DNA from: Trichinella spiralis | Lineage: Eukaryota | Reading direction: 5' to 3' | NCBI RefSeq assembly: GCF_000181795.1 | Contig: NW_003526941.1 | Coordinates: 6,053,008 to 6,117,007 of the forward strand | DNA: 64,000 nt | In this document: in pieces, positions 12,730-26,270 of the stretch | Numbering within the stretch: the stretch's first letter is position 1 | Layout: every line of letters begins with the position of its first letter | Position numbers and translations under genes: made by a program | The notes under the pieces: model-generated | The model's input: only the letters and a program-made list of their open reading frames with translations | The model's database searches: none | What the model was told of the DNA's origin: nothing

Positions 12730-14820
12730 CTATTCACTTTCTTCGTCATCTTCAATTACTGGTACACGTTTGCGAGCTATAGCAATTCCAGATTCATTTG
12801 GTGAATCGGATTCACTGTCGTCATCAATTCGCTTCTTGACATTCCTTGCTCTGCTATTTCCCAACGCATTGTCCGAATCTTCACGTTCACTGGTGGAATG
12901 CTGTGCACGAATATAATCCTTTGCACCAGTCTTATATTTGCGTTTTATGGCCGACAATGACACACCTTCTTCGTCTTCAGATTCATTGCGATCTGGTTCC
13001 AAATAATTAGCAGACAATCCACGAACCGGAGGTCGCTCTTTCACACGTCGCTGTTGTGTCTCCCTTCTAGCTTTAGCACGCAATCGTTCCTCTTCTTGCT
13101 GCAATAGGAAGAGAAAAAACATTTATTTCCACACGTTTCCAAAAAAATTTGCATAAAATATTGATTTATATTCACTTTTATCATTTTCTGTTTCAATACA
13201 TCCGGATCTTCGCCAATCATTGAAAGCACTTTCACTTTTTGAGATTTTGTACTTCGATCAGCCATGCTAAGTGTCATCTTACGATGTGTGAAACTTTCGG
13301 TCGAATGAGGACGAAATGTGACTTTAGTATCAAATATCGCCTGACCCTGCAGTCCAGGTCCTTGTCGAATGAACAAATGATGATGATCCCCTTGTAACGA
13401 ATGTACGCTTATGTCAAAAATTTCCGATCCAATATATAAAGACATGCTAAAATGATAAAATTGATTATTATGAATAAGTCAATTGCAATTACTACATTTT
13501 TTTTCGAAAACATGAAATAAACCTCTTAATTTTGAAAAGAGCAAATGCAAAAATGATGATAATAATAATCATAATAATATATATTCTTTAACTGTCCCGT
13601 TTACAATTAATTCATCATCATCAACTAAACTGTTCGCTAATTAGATACTAGATCAGTATTCTGATTCTGATCCATTCTGATGATTGCCATACTAAATGTA
13701 GACTTGCTGATATAACAAAAAATGATTGTCTTTTATGCAACTGAGAGTTGTCAGCAGCATGCAGCAAAACTTCCAGCAACATAATTATTAATGAAAAATA
13801 ATAAATTTTTTGAATAGCACAAATCAATTTTTGAAGTGCTACAAAGTAAGCTTTTAAAGCTATTAAACTGAGATCAACTTTTCTTTTAGAAATTAACACA
13901 GCATTCCATACTCTGTACTTTCCAATGCGTGCATTCAACATGCAAACATGCATGCTGATCATTAATTTCTTGCCAATGATAAGAAACAAAATTATTTTCA
14001 CATGACCCTTCACATTAAAAACGTATTTATCATTATTCTATAATAATATAATAACAACAGTTAAATAACAGACTTACCTTCCGTCAGACCAGCGGATAAT
14101 TTTCGCATTGCTTTCCGCAACGGAATTTCCGTGTTCATCGATCGTATTACGCCAGCGAATCGTATTCTCAACCTTGAGCTTCAATCGGCTTCTACCTTCC
14201 TCATCTAATACTTCATCTTCATCAATTTCATCTTCATAAGTATCAGCGTCGAATTCTCGAGGTTCAACGCTTATAAAATTCGGAAGCTTCACAAAATGCA
14301 ACTGACGACCCAAATTGACATCCACTTTCGGTACTTCAATTTCTATGACAGTTTCTTCTTCCACAGTTTCTTCTGCATCGCCTATTTTATTCTAAATAAT
14401 TTCAAATATTGTTAAATTTTGTCCAATTTCGTTTTTCTCAATAAACCTGATTAGCTGGTGGATGAGATGAAGACACTTTTTGCTCATTTTTCTCATTTTC
14501 CTCCTCGTCCGATGAACTAAGATCATGCGAATAACCGAAAATCGCATCTAAAATGAAATATAACTCCTATCAAAAAAATTCAAAATAAATTCATTCTAAT
14601 AAATTATTTTAAAAGTATAGAAAAATCTGGTCACAATAATCGTTAATCAATCACCTGTATCAATTACAGTATCATTTTCTTCTGTTTTGATCTCATTTTT
14701 GGTTTCTGACACAATCGCATCCGCATTGCCTTCCACATTCTCGTCTTCACTACTAAAAATTACAGCGATTTCTTTTTTCACCAAAGGTTCGCCAAGCGAT
14801 GACTCTCCATCTGATGACAT
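12730..14820 (-). CDS. LEO1: RNA polymerase-associated protein Leo1 (PAF1 complex), 5 exons
   Basis: Leo1 domain [87 protein letters not shown] introns keep frame; ATG at 14820 follows TTTTCAG. Confidence 0.93.
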
Positions 14821-15445
14821 ATCTGAAAATAACAAAATCTTAACAATAGGTACATGTAAAGCGAAAAACAAATTAGGAAACGACTTCCAATTCAAATTTA
14901 TAAAAGAAACTACATAAATGTGATATCCAATAGATCTTTTCAAAATGACTGCATTTTATAAAAAGAGTTTCAACCAGACAATTTAGCATAATAATGCAAT
15001 TTATGAAAATACATTTTCACTGACAGAATTTGGAACTTCGCATTGAACACTGAAAAAAAAACATAATCACTACAACAAATCATAACATCTACCATTACAG
15101 TAAACATTTTAGGAAAAAAGACACAGGTATAAATTACAGTACGAAAAAGTTGAACAAATGAATATTGCTAGTTGAAAACGATTTTCTGATTATATCGCTT
15201 AATTATACGATTTTCCATAGATATCCCTTTTTAATTTTGAAAATACACAGTGAAAACTTAGCAACGATAATGCTAATAACAAGCGCGCAATAAATTATGC
15301 AATTTGCTGTAAACGAAAGATATCGATTTGATGACCATTTAAAGATGTTTAAAATTTATTTTAAGCTGCACCACTGCTCTCGACGAGACAAGATTTACAC
15401 ACCAAATTCAGCATAAGGAAAAAAGTTTTGAAAATCTTAAAATGA

Positions 15446-15826
15446 TTATCCATCTTTGAGATTAATCTTTTTAAAAGAAATTCCCGGAATCTCTGTAATA
15501 TCATTTCTTTCTAAAAATTCTGCGCATTCTTTCTTCTTTTCTTTCAAATTATCCGATAATACTTTTAGCACGTCGCCTAAATTTTGCTCTTTCAAACGTA
15601 AAGCCGGTAAAATTTCTGCCACTGTCCATTCAACGAGCACTCCTCCGATCATTCTGTACGCTTTGCGGTCGCCATTCATCTTTTCCAAACGTTCGATTAT
15701 GATTTTATGCTCGTGTCGCTCAAACTTCAACTCGTTCAGCTTCGCCGCAATTGCTCGCTCTTCACTTTGCAGGCGATTTAATGTTTCTGCAGCTTGCCGG
15801 GGTGTGATTTCACTGTCAGTTGCCAT
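15446..15826 (-). CDS. PFDN2: Prefoldin subunit 2 (beta type), intronless
   Basis: EHKIIIERL..DRKAYRMIGGVLVEWTVAEILPAL signature between two coiled coils. Confidence 0.9.
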   Translation of the reverse strand: MATDSEITPRQAAETLNRLQSEERAIAAKLNELKFERHEHKIIIERLEKMNGDRKAYRMIGGVLVEWTVAEILPALRLKEQNLGDVLKVLSDNLKEKKKECAEFLERNDITEIPGISFKKINLKDG

Positions 15827-17292
15827 CTCTTTCAATTAATCTATACGTCTGTAAACCCATTATTATTAAGTGTATTACAATAAATGTCGAACAATAAAAT
15901 TTAATCGACAAAATTTCAACTAAATACTTAAACATTGTACAACTGGAGTGGATTTAAACGGAAAATATTGACATATAGCAATTTTGTAAACTACATAGCG
16001 GCAGCAACACTATTTACATTAATAACAGCCAGTTACAGTATTAGCAGTGTAGCATTAATAATTAAATCAGAATTAAAAAAAGCGAAAAACCCGATACAAT
16101 TTAAAACAACGATCACTAAGATGCGTATTTAAAAACATTCCCTTTGATACAATTGTTATTAAACAATATTACACTGTTCAACATAAATACTTTCTACAGC
16201 AGCTTTTAAAATAATTTCCAACATTATAAACGTTCTTTTTCAACTGTATTTCATAACAATAGCAAACAAAAATCACAGAATAAATGAAAATCAGAATTAA
16301 TACAAATACTATAGTATCTTTATAAATCTGATTTTCAAGTTTAAAATTTATTTATTTATTTATTGAAAACTTATTGGAAATTCAACATTGCTGTTAGCTT
16401 CCAGTGCTTTTATATTGTTGATTCATTTTCAGAGGTTGAGTTCAACGCTCGTTGACTGGTCAATTTGATGAAACTTACTACCACTTCCAAATCTGAGCGT
16501 CATTTATCTTCATCAGTTGATCGTTTTACCGTTGATCATAAAATTTACATACATATATAAATTCTTAAAGAAATGTTTATTCTAAATTAATCAACAATAT
16601 TCTTCATATGATTATTATTTTGTCATTATTATTATTATTATTAATGTAGAATTTTTCTTTATTGGTGTTTCATTAACCTATAATGGAAAATAAAGTTAAA
16701 ATTTTCAGTCCGTCAGTATGAATAGAATTGCATTTGAATTAGAAAAGAAATGATTCATTTCATCAGACACGGCAACAGATCAACAATTGTACGATTTTTA
16801 TTGAAGTGAAAAAGCATTTAATTCAACAAATGTTTTCCGTGTGTTTGCCCAACTAGTTCAGAATATTGAAAACAACCTGCTCTGGTGCGGAACTACAAAG
16901 TGTAATTTTGGGGCAATTTTTAAAATTAGCTAAAATGTGTGCTAATGATGAACATTAATATTCAGAAGTCGACTTTAATTAATCAAAATCAACTCTCAGA
17001 TAAAAAAGATAAATAGATTAAAATGAACAAATTTTACACATGCATATTTGCATATTTGTATTTCATTTCGATATAATAGAATGAAGAATTGATTTTTCCC
17101 ATTTGAAAAGAATCCTTTTACCTCTAAGACATGGTTGATTTGCAATTGTTGGAAACTTGTTTCTTAGCCGGTTGTAAACGACCGAATTTTATTGCTGCAA
17201 CGAAAGTCTTCTAAAATGCACAGCATCAGTGTCTACCACAAGAGCAACTGCTTGTTCATAAATAATCACAGAAGCTTGTTACAGATACAGAT

Positions 17293-17998
17293 ATGCGGCC
17301 AGAGATGCTTGTTCAATTTGTCATTTTCAGCTTTCTTTGCACAACGTTCTCCGTTTGTCAAGCACGTGACAGAACGGAAATGTGCAAAAAAGGAGAACAT
17401 CTAGCCTCAATCAGCCGTAACCAAACCACTGGCGCCATTCAGTTAACCTGCAACAAACTTCTGAACAACGACAAAGTAAGTAACAATTATTCATTACGTT
17501 CACGTGTGTGTGTGTGTTGTGAAAATGAAAAGCAAAAATAAAATGACTAATAATAATAATAATATCATTCTTACACAACACAGGATACAAGCTGCACTAC
17601 ACTGAAGCCGATGAAATGCGACGGCTCAAAGGAAGGATGTCCAAATGGTAGCTGGCTAGCCGGCTTCGACATCTTCGAAATGGACGACAACGTCGAGATG
17701 TTACAGCCACTGTGCTGTACTTCAAAAACAATCCGCATTAATCAAAAAATCTGCTCGAAAAATATGCTTCGAACAAGCAACAACGATCCACTGCCAATCA
17801 CAACAAGCAGCCGACTTAACCAAGGCATCTGGTGCTATCTGCTGCCAAACAGAAGCGGCAGGTGAGTGTGAATTCGTTCGCTAATTTTTATTTCTTCTTC
17901 ATTAAAAAATTTTTCAAATCAAAAAACATCATCATTTTAATTTCAGAGTTCTGAAAACAGTATTAGTGATCGAAGCGTGCAAATATGACAAGCAATGA
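17293..17998 (+). CDS. Secreted cysteine-rich protein of unknown family, 3 exons
   Basis: Hydrophobic N-terminus (LVQFVIFSFLCTTFSVCQA); exons 17293-17475, 17584-17861 and 17947-17998 join in frame through GTAAGT/GTGAGT donors; multiple Cys including a CC pair. Confidence 0.75.
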
Positions 17999-18221
17999 CA
18001 AAAGAATAAACAAAAAACAATACTCATCATTGCCTTCTTATTATCATTATTAATATTATTATAACATAAAAATTTCAACGAATAAAGATACTGCGTTATG
18101 TCACATATGTAAGAAAGAAAGCAGTGAATTTCATCCGGTGAAACGAACATGTTGAGCAAAATAAAGAGAACTAGGAAAGGATATTTAAAAGAGAACAAAA
18201 CATCATTATTATTTTTTTCAA

Positions 18222-21200
18222 TTAGTCACCTACGTCAGCGTCGTGATCGCCTAATGAACTCATAATGTAGAAGCAGATATAAAGTAACAGTGTACCGAGA
18301 AAATCGCCCAGTGCTGTTAAATAAGGAATCGCAATGTCGTCGGGATTCATCTTCCACTTCCAAAGCATGTGCACACCGACGAAGCAAAAATACAGCAATA
18401 TGAACACTTGCACATAAGCTGCACCAAGATAAAACAACATAAATTTCAAACTGACCGTCGTATGGCCCGCATTCAGAAAGCTGATGATCAAGGCAAAGAA
18501 CGCATGTCCTGGACCGACGAACGACACCAGCACCCATGCGGCAGTGATGTGCGGTTCTGAATGGCAAATAAAAGTTGACAACAAATTTTTTTTGTAAAAT
18601 TAAAATCATCTCATACGTTTTCCGAAAAACACCCAAAACGGATTTGCCGCCTGCCGACCGCGTAAATACGACGCCACTTTGCCAAGTTTTTCATTTTTAT
18701 GCAAATATGTTGATATGCGACTAGCCTGAATTGCGACTAAATTGCCTCCGATGCCTTCGAAATTGCAAAAATGCAAAAACAAAAGTTAAAATGTATAATT
18801 GTAATATTCTGTTGAAATACCATTTATAATTGGCTGAAAAACGGCAATTCCTTTGAACTGTGTCACAGATCGACCCAAAATAAAGCCGCTACCACTAAAT
18901 AGACACAATGCACAAATTATGCTTAAAATTTCAACGTGTAATATATATTCAACCTGCTAATCAACATTGAGCATATAATTGGAGAAAAGCCATTCAAGAC
19001 GACCTCCTTTGTGTCCTTATTCTTCCAAGATCCAAGAAAACAAACTGGCAACAATGCAATTAATCCAAAAATTATCAGCGTACAAACAATTGTAGGACGT
19101 CCTGAAAAATTGAAACAATGAAAAGTGTATTTTAAAAAATTTAAACAAAAATCTTACCGATGATCAGCAAGTAGAAGCTCCCAATATAAGCAAGCATGGT
19201 CAATGTCACCAAATCACCCAGACTTGCCGCAATGGGAGTGGCAACATTGTCTGGATTAATGCCAAAATACCTGCATAGCAAAATCACACTAATCATGACC
19301 AAGCCTAAAAATTTCAATCTTATTTTAATAAATGAACAAATAATGAAAACCAAATGCCACTCTATTTAGTGAAGATTCAATTTTTTTTAAAAATTCCCCC
19401 CAAATCCCCTTACTGATTTCGCACAACGAATTCATAGTAAATGAATTTCTAATATTTTTTGTTTTTGCTCGTACAGTTGAATTTAAAGACTTTAACATCA
19501 GTTTCTTTAAAAAAATAAATACAAGAAGATTCATACTTAGAAAAAAAGATGCTGAAATGCCAGTTGACATGCTGCTCGCTATTAGCACAACAATATTTAC
19601 AAAAATCACTTCACCGTTAGTTATCCACCGCAATAAAATTGCCAGAAATGAAGCAAATAAAGAAATAACATTCGCTTGTGTCTAAACAATAAACAAAAAA
19701 AATACTTGTAACAAAAAATTATTTGACCTCAAGTCATACCTCAATTAAGCACAAATTCGCTACGAGTAAAGCTGAACGTTCACTTTGGTTGTCGAGCAAG
19801 CCCATATTCGCCTTAATATTTTTTAATGAAAATGAGAAACAAATGCAGACTTTCTATTTATTGTCTACAGACTGTAATGTGCATATAATATACCATTGTT
19901 GAAAGACGAGACGCTAGGGTCATCTCTAAATTTCCTTTTAATCCCAACAAGGCAGGAACAAGTATAAACATTTCTGGAATCTTAGTAAAAACCATCCAAT
20001 GCTATAATTAAAAAAATGAAATCAAATATTAAGTGAATGAAAAAAAAATCAAAACAAACCTGCACATAGTCCAGAACAAGCCCTGCACCTACAGTACCGA
20101 GACCGGCAATCAAAAATGGAAGAAACATCTGCACTGCCATAGTTTTTCCAGTCTCTAGCTTATTTTTCACCTCATTAGCGTCGGATAACTTACCGACTGG
20201 TGGAGTATTATATCCATTACAGTCACATTTTTCATCTAATTTCATTTCAACAGCATCATTTGGAGAACCCATCAGCAAGGGCTGTTCATCTGATGGATCC
20301 TCACTTTCCGAAACAACTTTTGTCTTCGACGAACAAGAACCACCTTCGCCTTCTGCTGTACAATTTCCCTTAACAAGCGACAACAGTTTATTACAATTGA
20401 AAACACAACAAATTGAAAATAATATTTCAAGGATACTTAAAAAACATGCAAAGATAAACAAAAAAACAAAATATAGTGCATACAATTTGATTTCAAAATG
20501 AGTACTTTAAAATTTGTCTTATCAGAAAAACACTCAATTGAATAAAATACTCATTAGGCATCAAGGTAATGTATTAATAACATACAATTTTAAATAGAAA
20601 ACTGTCCAAAAAACAAAACATAATGCATAAAACTATGAGTGAAAGTAAAAGCTGAGTTTGTAAGTTACTGTAAGTACTGTAAGGTGAGTTTACTTTAAAA
20701 CTTTTAAAATAACTGAACATAACTTTAAAGTTAACATATAAAGTGCAATATATGTATGAAACTGCAACAAAAATGTAAAGAAAATGCATCCTGCTCATCA
20801 AAATACTCAAAAAAATACAATTTAGTTGTATAGTTCAAACAAAATATAAGTAAGCGTATTTGGCTATATACATAAATATTACGTATTTAGCATTCGTACA
20901 AATATGTCATACTAGTTATGATAAAGGTAAGCAAGCTTAAAAAATCATAACACTTTCTAACAACCCTTGCTTTTGAAATTTCATTGGATACTGAACAAAA
21001 AATACAGATACACTTTGAAAAAAATCTTCCAAATGAAAATCTTATACATTAAAAGAAGATAAGAAATAATTTAACATAACTTTTAACTGTTAAATCATAA
21101 AGCCAAAAGCTTCACTGGCATAAATAAATCATTAACATAACATTCAAAATACCGTAACAACACTACTGATTATGCATTATAACTATAATAACAACAGCCG

Positions 21201-21758
21201 ATAATTGGACTTACATAATAATTATCATAACGTAGATAAATGGAAGAGTACATGTTACAGTCTAATATTAAACAATGACGAAAATTTTGAACGTTTAAAA
21301 TAATAATAATAACAACATACTGTTTCATTATTCTCGTAAACGTATTCTAATATACCTCCAACATGTTTACCAAGCAAATAAACATCAATTGAATTAAAAA
21401 CGCAATTATTTTCTGTGTTAGCATTAATACGATCAATCTTATTAAAAAAACAAAACGTACAATATCTTGAAAAATAAACAAAGCAGATTATCAATTTTGT
21501 ACTGTTGCATACTTTTAAACATTTCAACATCTTAAAGATAAAAGTTCAAATGAAACTTTTATAATACATATCGTGCAATACGGGTTACAATATACAGTTT
21601 TAAAAACTCACCAACTGAGCTTCATTGCAAGCTTCCTCATTTGTTGTTGACAGTGGCTCGACTTTTGAACTACCAGAACGAAATACGATTTCATCCAACT
21701 CCACGTCGTCGACAGTTTCTGTTGTTCCACAAGCCGCTGTATCAATAAAAGGAACCAT
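18222..21758 (-). CDS. SLC41: SLC41 (MgtE-like) magnesium transporter, multi-exon
   Basis: Two MgtE repeats [16 protein letters not shown] and [16 protein letters not shown], plus [18 protein letters not shown] and [13 protein letters not shown]; putative first exon 21612-21758 ends in GTGAGT and joins in phase 0. Confidence 0.92.
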
Positions 21759-22082
21759 TCATGCAATGATATACTGTTTTAGTAAGACTGGATGGAGTAA
21801 AAGTTTGTTAAAAAGTTTATTTCAAAAAATTGAAAAATATACCGAAAATTTAAAATCTAATTTAAAATGCATGACAACTATTGTCACAACAAGAACTCCA
21901 GTATAGAAAACAAAAGTGACAGCAGTTTCCAAAATTACAGTATGACATCAATTCAAGCATATAATAAATTTGAAATATGATAATTAAAAGCAGCATTATA
22001 ATATTGTTATTATTTATAAACAAAAATAATCGAATTCCCCATTAAATGTAAAGAATAACAACTGCTTTGTTCTTCAATTAAC

Positions 22083-22111
22083 TGTTTACTGTATGAGTCA
22101 TACTGTAAACA
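22083..22111. promoter_or_regulatory. Palindromic element TGTTTAC-..TGAGTCA..-GTAAACA in the divergent SLC41 / C4orf33-like intergenic region
   Basis: 29-bp inverted repeat with one mismatched pair; contains two Forkhead core motifs and a central AP-1 motif. Confidence 0.45.
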
Positions 22112-22275
22112 TTCAACAATTTTGCATAATCAGTATTCTCAAAAAATACCATACTTTTGTGAGCGGTATATTGAATGCTGAAATAACGCAACTTATTTGT
22201 AAATATACTAAATAATTTTCAGTGCTTCGTTATTATCTATGTTGAAATTTATTTCCACCACGTGGTAATGCAAAA

Positions 22276-23131
22276 ATGAAAAGTTTCCGAGAAGATGCGG
22301 ATTCAGAGCAAGTAAAAGAATATTTTTACAAAAAATAAGTAATTTTACATATGAAATATTATTTTTTAGACCAGTGGTACTGCCTTAATTGTTCCATATG
22401 GAGCATCTCGACAGTCGGAAGTAACTGCGACAGGTTTTGATTTTGTAATTGATAAAACTTGGAACAACTGTCCAGTAACTGACCATGATCGTTTTCATTT
22501 CCACTTGGAATGGCAATTTAAACGCGTACGCGGTCAGCCGCATAAGAGATTTGTTAAAGTATTCGTTGATGGTCCACTTTTTGATGATCCTCCTGAACCT
22601 GACGAATTTGCTGGTCACTTTGCCGATTTGCACCGTCATGAATGTGTGGTGATTGTGTTCAGTAACAAAAATCGAGACATGCTCGAAGTTTCTGTTGGTC
22701 CTCATGGTCACTGGCTAGTGCGACTATTCAAAAACAAAAATAAAGAAATAACAAAAACAGAGCTCGACCTGGAGGTAATTATAGAATGATTATTTTTTAT
22801 GCGCAGTAATTTGTTAATTATGACTATTATTAATTTGTTTGCTTTCTAGGTGCAAAATGTTTTTCAAGGAAACGTATGGCGATGTACTTTTGAAATTCCG
22901 CTTGCATTTTTCCCAGCAAATGTGACACGTATAAATGCATTCGCTTGTCACGGAAGCGGAAAACGACGACACGTTGACGCATTGAATCCTTCCTTCAACG
23001 GTTCAGTAGACGATGTACCCGATTTTCATCGCCTCGAGACACACAAACCCATCAACATCGAACGTCTGATTCCGCAAGGTTTCAATGAACAAACATTCAA
23101 TGATGTTTCATATGGAAATATGTGGAACTAA
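22276..23131 (+). CDS. UPF0462 / C4orf33-like protein, 3 exons
   Basis: FVIDKTWN..GPLFDDPPEP..LEVSVGPHGHWLV..FFPANVTRINAFACHGSG.R..PDFHRLE follow the UPF0462 pattern as I recall it; GT-AG introns keep frame. Confidence 0.82.
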
Positions 23132-23304
23132 TGTTATACAGTATTAACACAAACGAATATGATTAAAAAATTACATGCTGCTCAAACGTTGTCTACATGT
23201 GACAGTTGTGAGTCATATAATATTGATTTATGAGAAAAAATACTTCTACCTGTGAAGGATTCCTTTCATGTTAAGTATAATTTTAAATTCTGCAGATCAA
23301 TTCA

Positions 23305-23673
23305 ATGGAGCAGGAAAAAGGATGGCAGTTTCCAAGCTTCTGTACCTTCTGCGGCACTATACTGCCTTACGACGACGACGATGACGGATATAGCAAGTGT
23401 TTTATGTGCAAAGCGAAAATTACCGTGCCCAAGATTAGCCGTCTGCTAGTTTGGCAGCACGTCGAGAGGTTCAATCAAGCCAAAGATACTACTAGAGATT
23501 CAGCGAAGCCGACGCAAGACAACAGCGGTGGGGTGACAGTTGAGAAGAAATGTGCGAAATGTGGCCACGATAAAATGAGCTATTCGACTAGGCAGACGCG
23601 TTCCGCCGACGAAGGGATGACTGTTTTCTTTACTTGTCTCAACTGTGGCCACAAAGAAATTGAACATTCTTAA
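23305..23673 (+). CDS. POLR1H: RNA polymerase I subunit RPA12, intronless
   Basis: N-terminal FCxxCGxILP zinc ribbon and C-terminal CAKCGH..MSYSTRQTRSADEG.TVFFTCxxC TFIIS-like ribbon. Confidence 0.92.
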   Translation: MEQEKGWQFPSFCTFCGTILPYDDDDDGYSKCFMCKAKITVPKISRLLVWQHVERFNQAKDTTRDSAKPTQDNSGGVTVEKKCAKCGHDKMSYSTRQTRSADEGMTVFFTCLNCGHKEIEHS

Positions 23674-23913
23674 ATAATTAACTGATCAAAAATTTCAACT
23701 AAAACTCACTATCATAAATATTCTTTTATAAATATAAATATATATTTATAAAGAATCAAATAAAAATGCATTGACAATCTGAATTTCACTAGTGACCATA
23801 AAATTTTCCATGAGATGTGTGCTTTTTCGTTGCTTTCACGTAAACAATCACGGATTGCAGTGAAATGAAGAACAACAATACAATATTCGTTAATGCAGGC
23901 AGCTAAATGACGG

Positions 23914-26270
23914 TCAGTTTGCAAAGATCTGATGAAACCGTTCACAAGACGGCAGTCCCATTGTTTCAGCTCTGGTATATAAATCTTTATCTCCAGTTAT
24001 TCGAGCTCTCCAAAGCATATTTTCTTCTAACAAAAAATATCCCATTATCGAAAATTTATAAGTATCTTTTTCAAACATGCAGCAATAAAAATTCTTACTC
24101 TGATTTTGTTCTCTTATGCAATTACTTTTCAAAATGTTTATATATTCTTGTTCTACATGCGCTTCTATCTGCATTATCGAAGATTCTGTTTTGTAATGCT
24201 GCTCAAAATCTGATCGAACAAAATACTTCACTTGCAAACCCGAAGTCCACCTTTCAGTGTTATATTTACTAAAATATAAAGTAATATTTCAGAAAAATTA
24301 CTTATTATTTATTTTTAATAAATGAACTCACCTGGATTTCGTCAAAGAATACACTGGATCTGCCGAAAAAAGTTGGCCTATTATAGTTACAATAAGCACG
24401 ATCAAAATTGGAAAAACTTGAAAAAATGTATTCAACGGATTCTGAAAATATTGAAATTTCAATATTAATCGGCAAAAAATTTTTTAAACAAAGACATTTC
24501 AAATAAAATTTTAAACGGAATGCAACATATGGAATCACTGTTTATTTGAAATAAATGATTCGAATTCAAATGACATTTAGAAATATTGATTCATCATAAA
24601 AAGCATTTCAAAGTATGATAAAAGTCACCGACTTCAACTATCTTATTGCCAGTACTGTACATAATAAATTAAATATTATTTCACATTAAAATAAATTTAC
24701 AACTAACAGTTACATGAGAAAAGCATACTTGTATAAATGAATTTCCCTCCTTTAAATCAATTACACATTAGTCAACAACAATCTGGAAAAATCAATAAAT
24801 GGAACATCTTAGCAGTGCAAACTAATTAAACAGTCATTATAATAAATCACATGAAACATGAATGATTTTCTCAACAAATTACGGTCAAATTTAAAACAAA
24901 CAAAAATAAGATATCAGCATAAAGTAGAACAACATACCTCATGCTCGTCACGATCATAGCGAAAATGAAATGCGCTGCCACGGCGAAAAATTTGGTCACG
25001 AGGAAATGTGCCTCCAAAAAACATGTTGAAAATCTCTTCCGCCGACATTTCAGCTAAATGAAAAAAAATGCAAAAAAGTTAACTCAACTAAAAATACAAT
25101 ATCTTAAGGGAACTAATAGTCTACACCGGGTAAAAATAACAATTGAATTAAATTTGTTTATGTGAAATAAAATTAGAATTTTTCTTCTCATAAATTACAA
25201 TACTTCTCAATAATATATATTATTAAATATCAAAAATACATCACCAAATAAAATATTAAAATAAACTTTCCCATGAAATGGTTAAAATGATCCCAAATTA
25301 TTATTAATAAGGAAATAAATCATAACAATGAGAAAAATATTTTAGTTTACCTTCAAATCCACGTGTATAGTCGTATTCATTAAAACCATTTCGACGGGTT
25401 GTTCCTACTTCTGATTCATTTCCATACATATCATAGCGTTCACGTTTCTTTGGATCACTTAAAACTGCGTATGCATTACCAATCGCTAAAACCAAAAAAA
25501 TACATTTCATATGCATAAAAAATAAATAAATAATATATATGCATGCCTTTGAAAGCTTCAGTAGCTCCAGGCACACTGCATTTATCCGGATGAAACTGAA
25601 GTGCCAATTTTCTGTACTGCTTCTTCAGTTCTAATTCCGTGCAAGATTTCGATACATTTAAAATTTCGTAATAATCTTTGCATTTTCTTATCCTATTACT
25701 CAAAGATGGATTTCTGCTAATTTACTTTAAGCAACATCAAATACCTTTTTACAGCTTTCAAATCGGCCTCAGAATAATCTACGTTAATTTGAGGAGCAGA
25801 AGGCGTTCGGCGTGTAGAACTAGACCGGCTACGGCTCGAATTACAAGATCTGTTGGCTCGGGAATAGAATTCACCGGACGGATTATTTTCAAATTCTGGC
25901 TGAGAACTGCTTGCATGAAAGTGACCTCTATAATGACAAAATATTACTTTAAAATGAATGTATATATACTGGTTTACGAAAAAAATATTACTGTTCCTCT
26001 TGAAAAGAGCCGGAAGAAACAGACCCATTTTTCTCTATGTTAGCTAAATCAGCTGCTTCTGAGATTAACTCTAGAAGAAGAAGAATACATAAAAAGAATA
26101 CATACATAAATACAATGGTAAAAATAAAATTCATTACTTAAAACATCAGGACTATTGCACAGTTTCTTCGCCTTGTGTAGAAATTTAACAGCTTTCGCTT
26201 TATTGCCCAAGCGAAAATTTTGCTTAGCCAGTTCAATGCAACGCAGGCTTTCATCACGATTAGCATCCAT
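23914..26270 (-). CDS. DNAJB12: DnaJ homolog subfamily B member 12/14 (ER membrane J-protein)
   Basis: [12 protein letters not shown] start; J domain [47 protein letters not shown] exon at about 24332-24442; luminal [19 protein letters not shown] domain. Confidence 0.92.
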
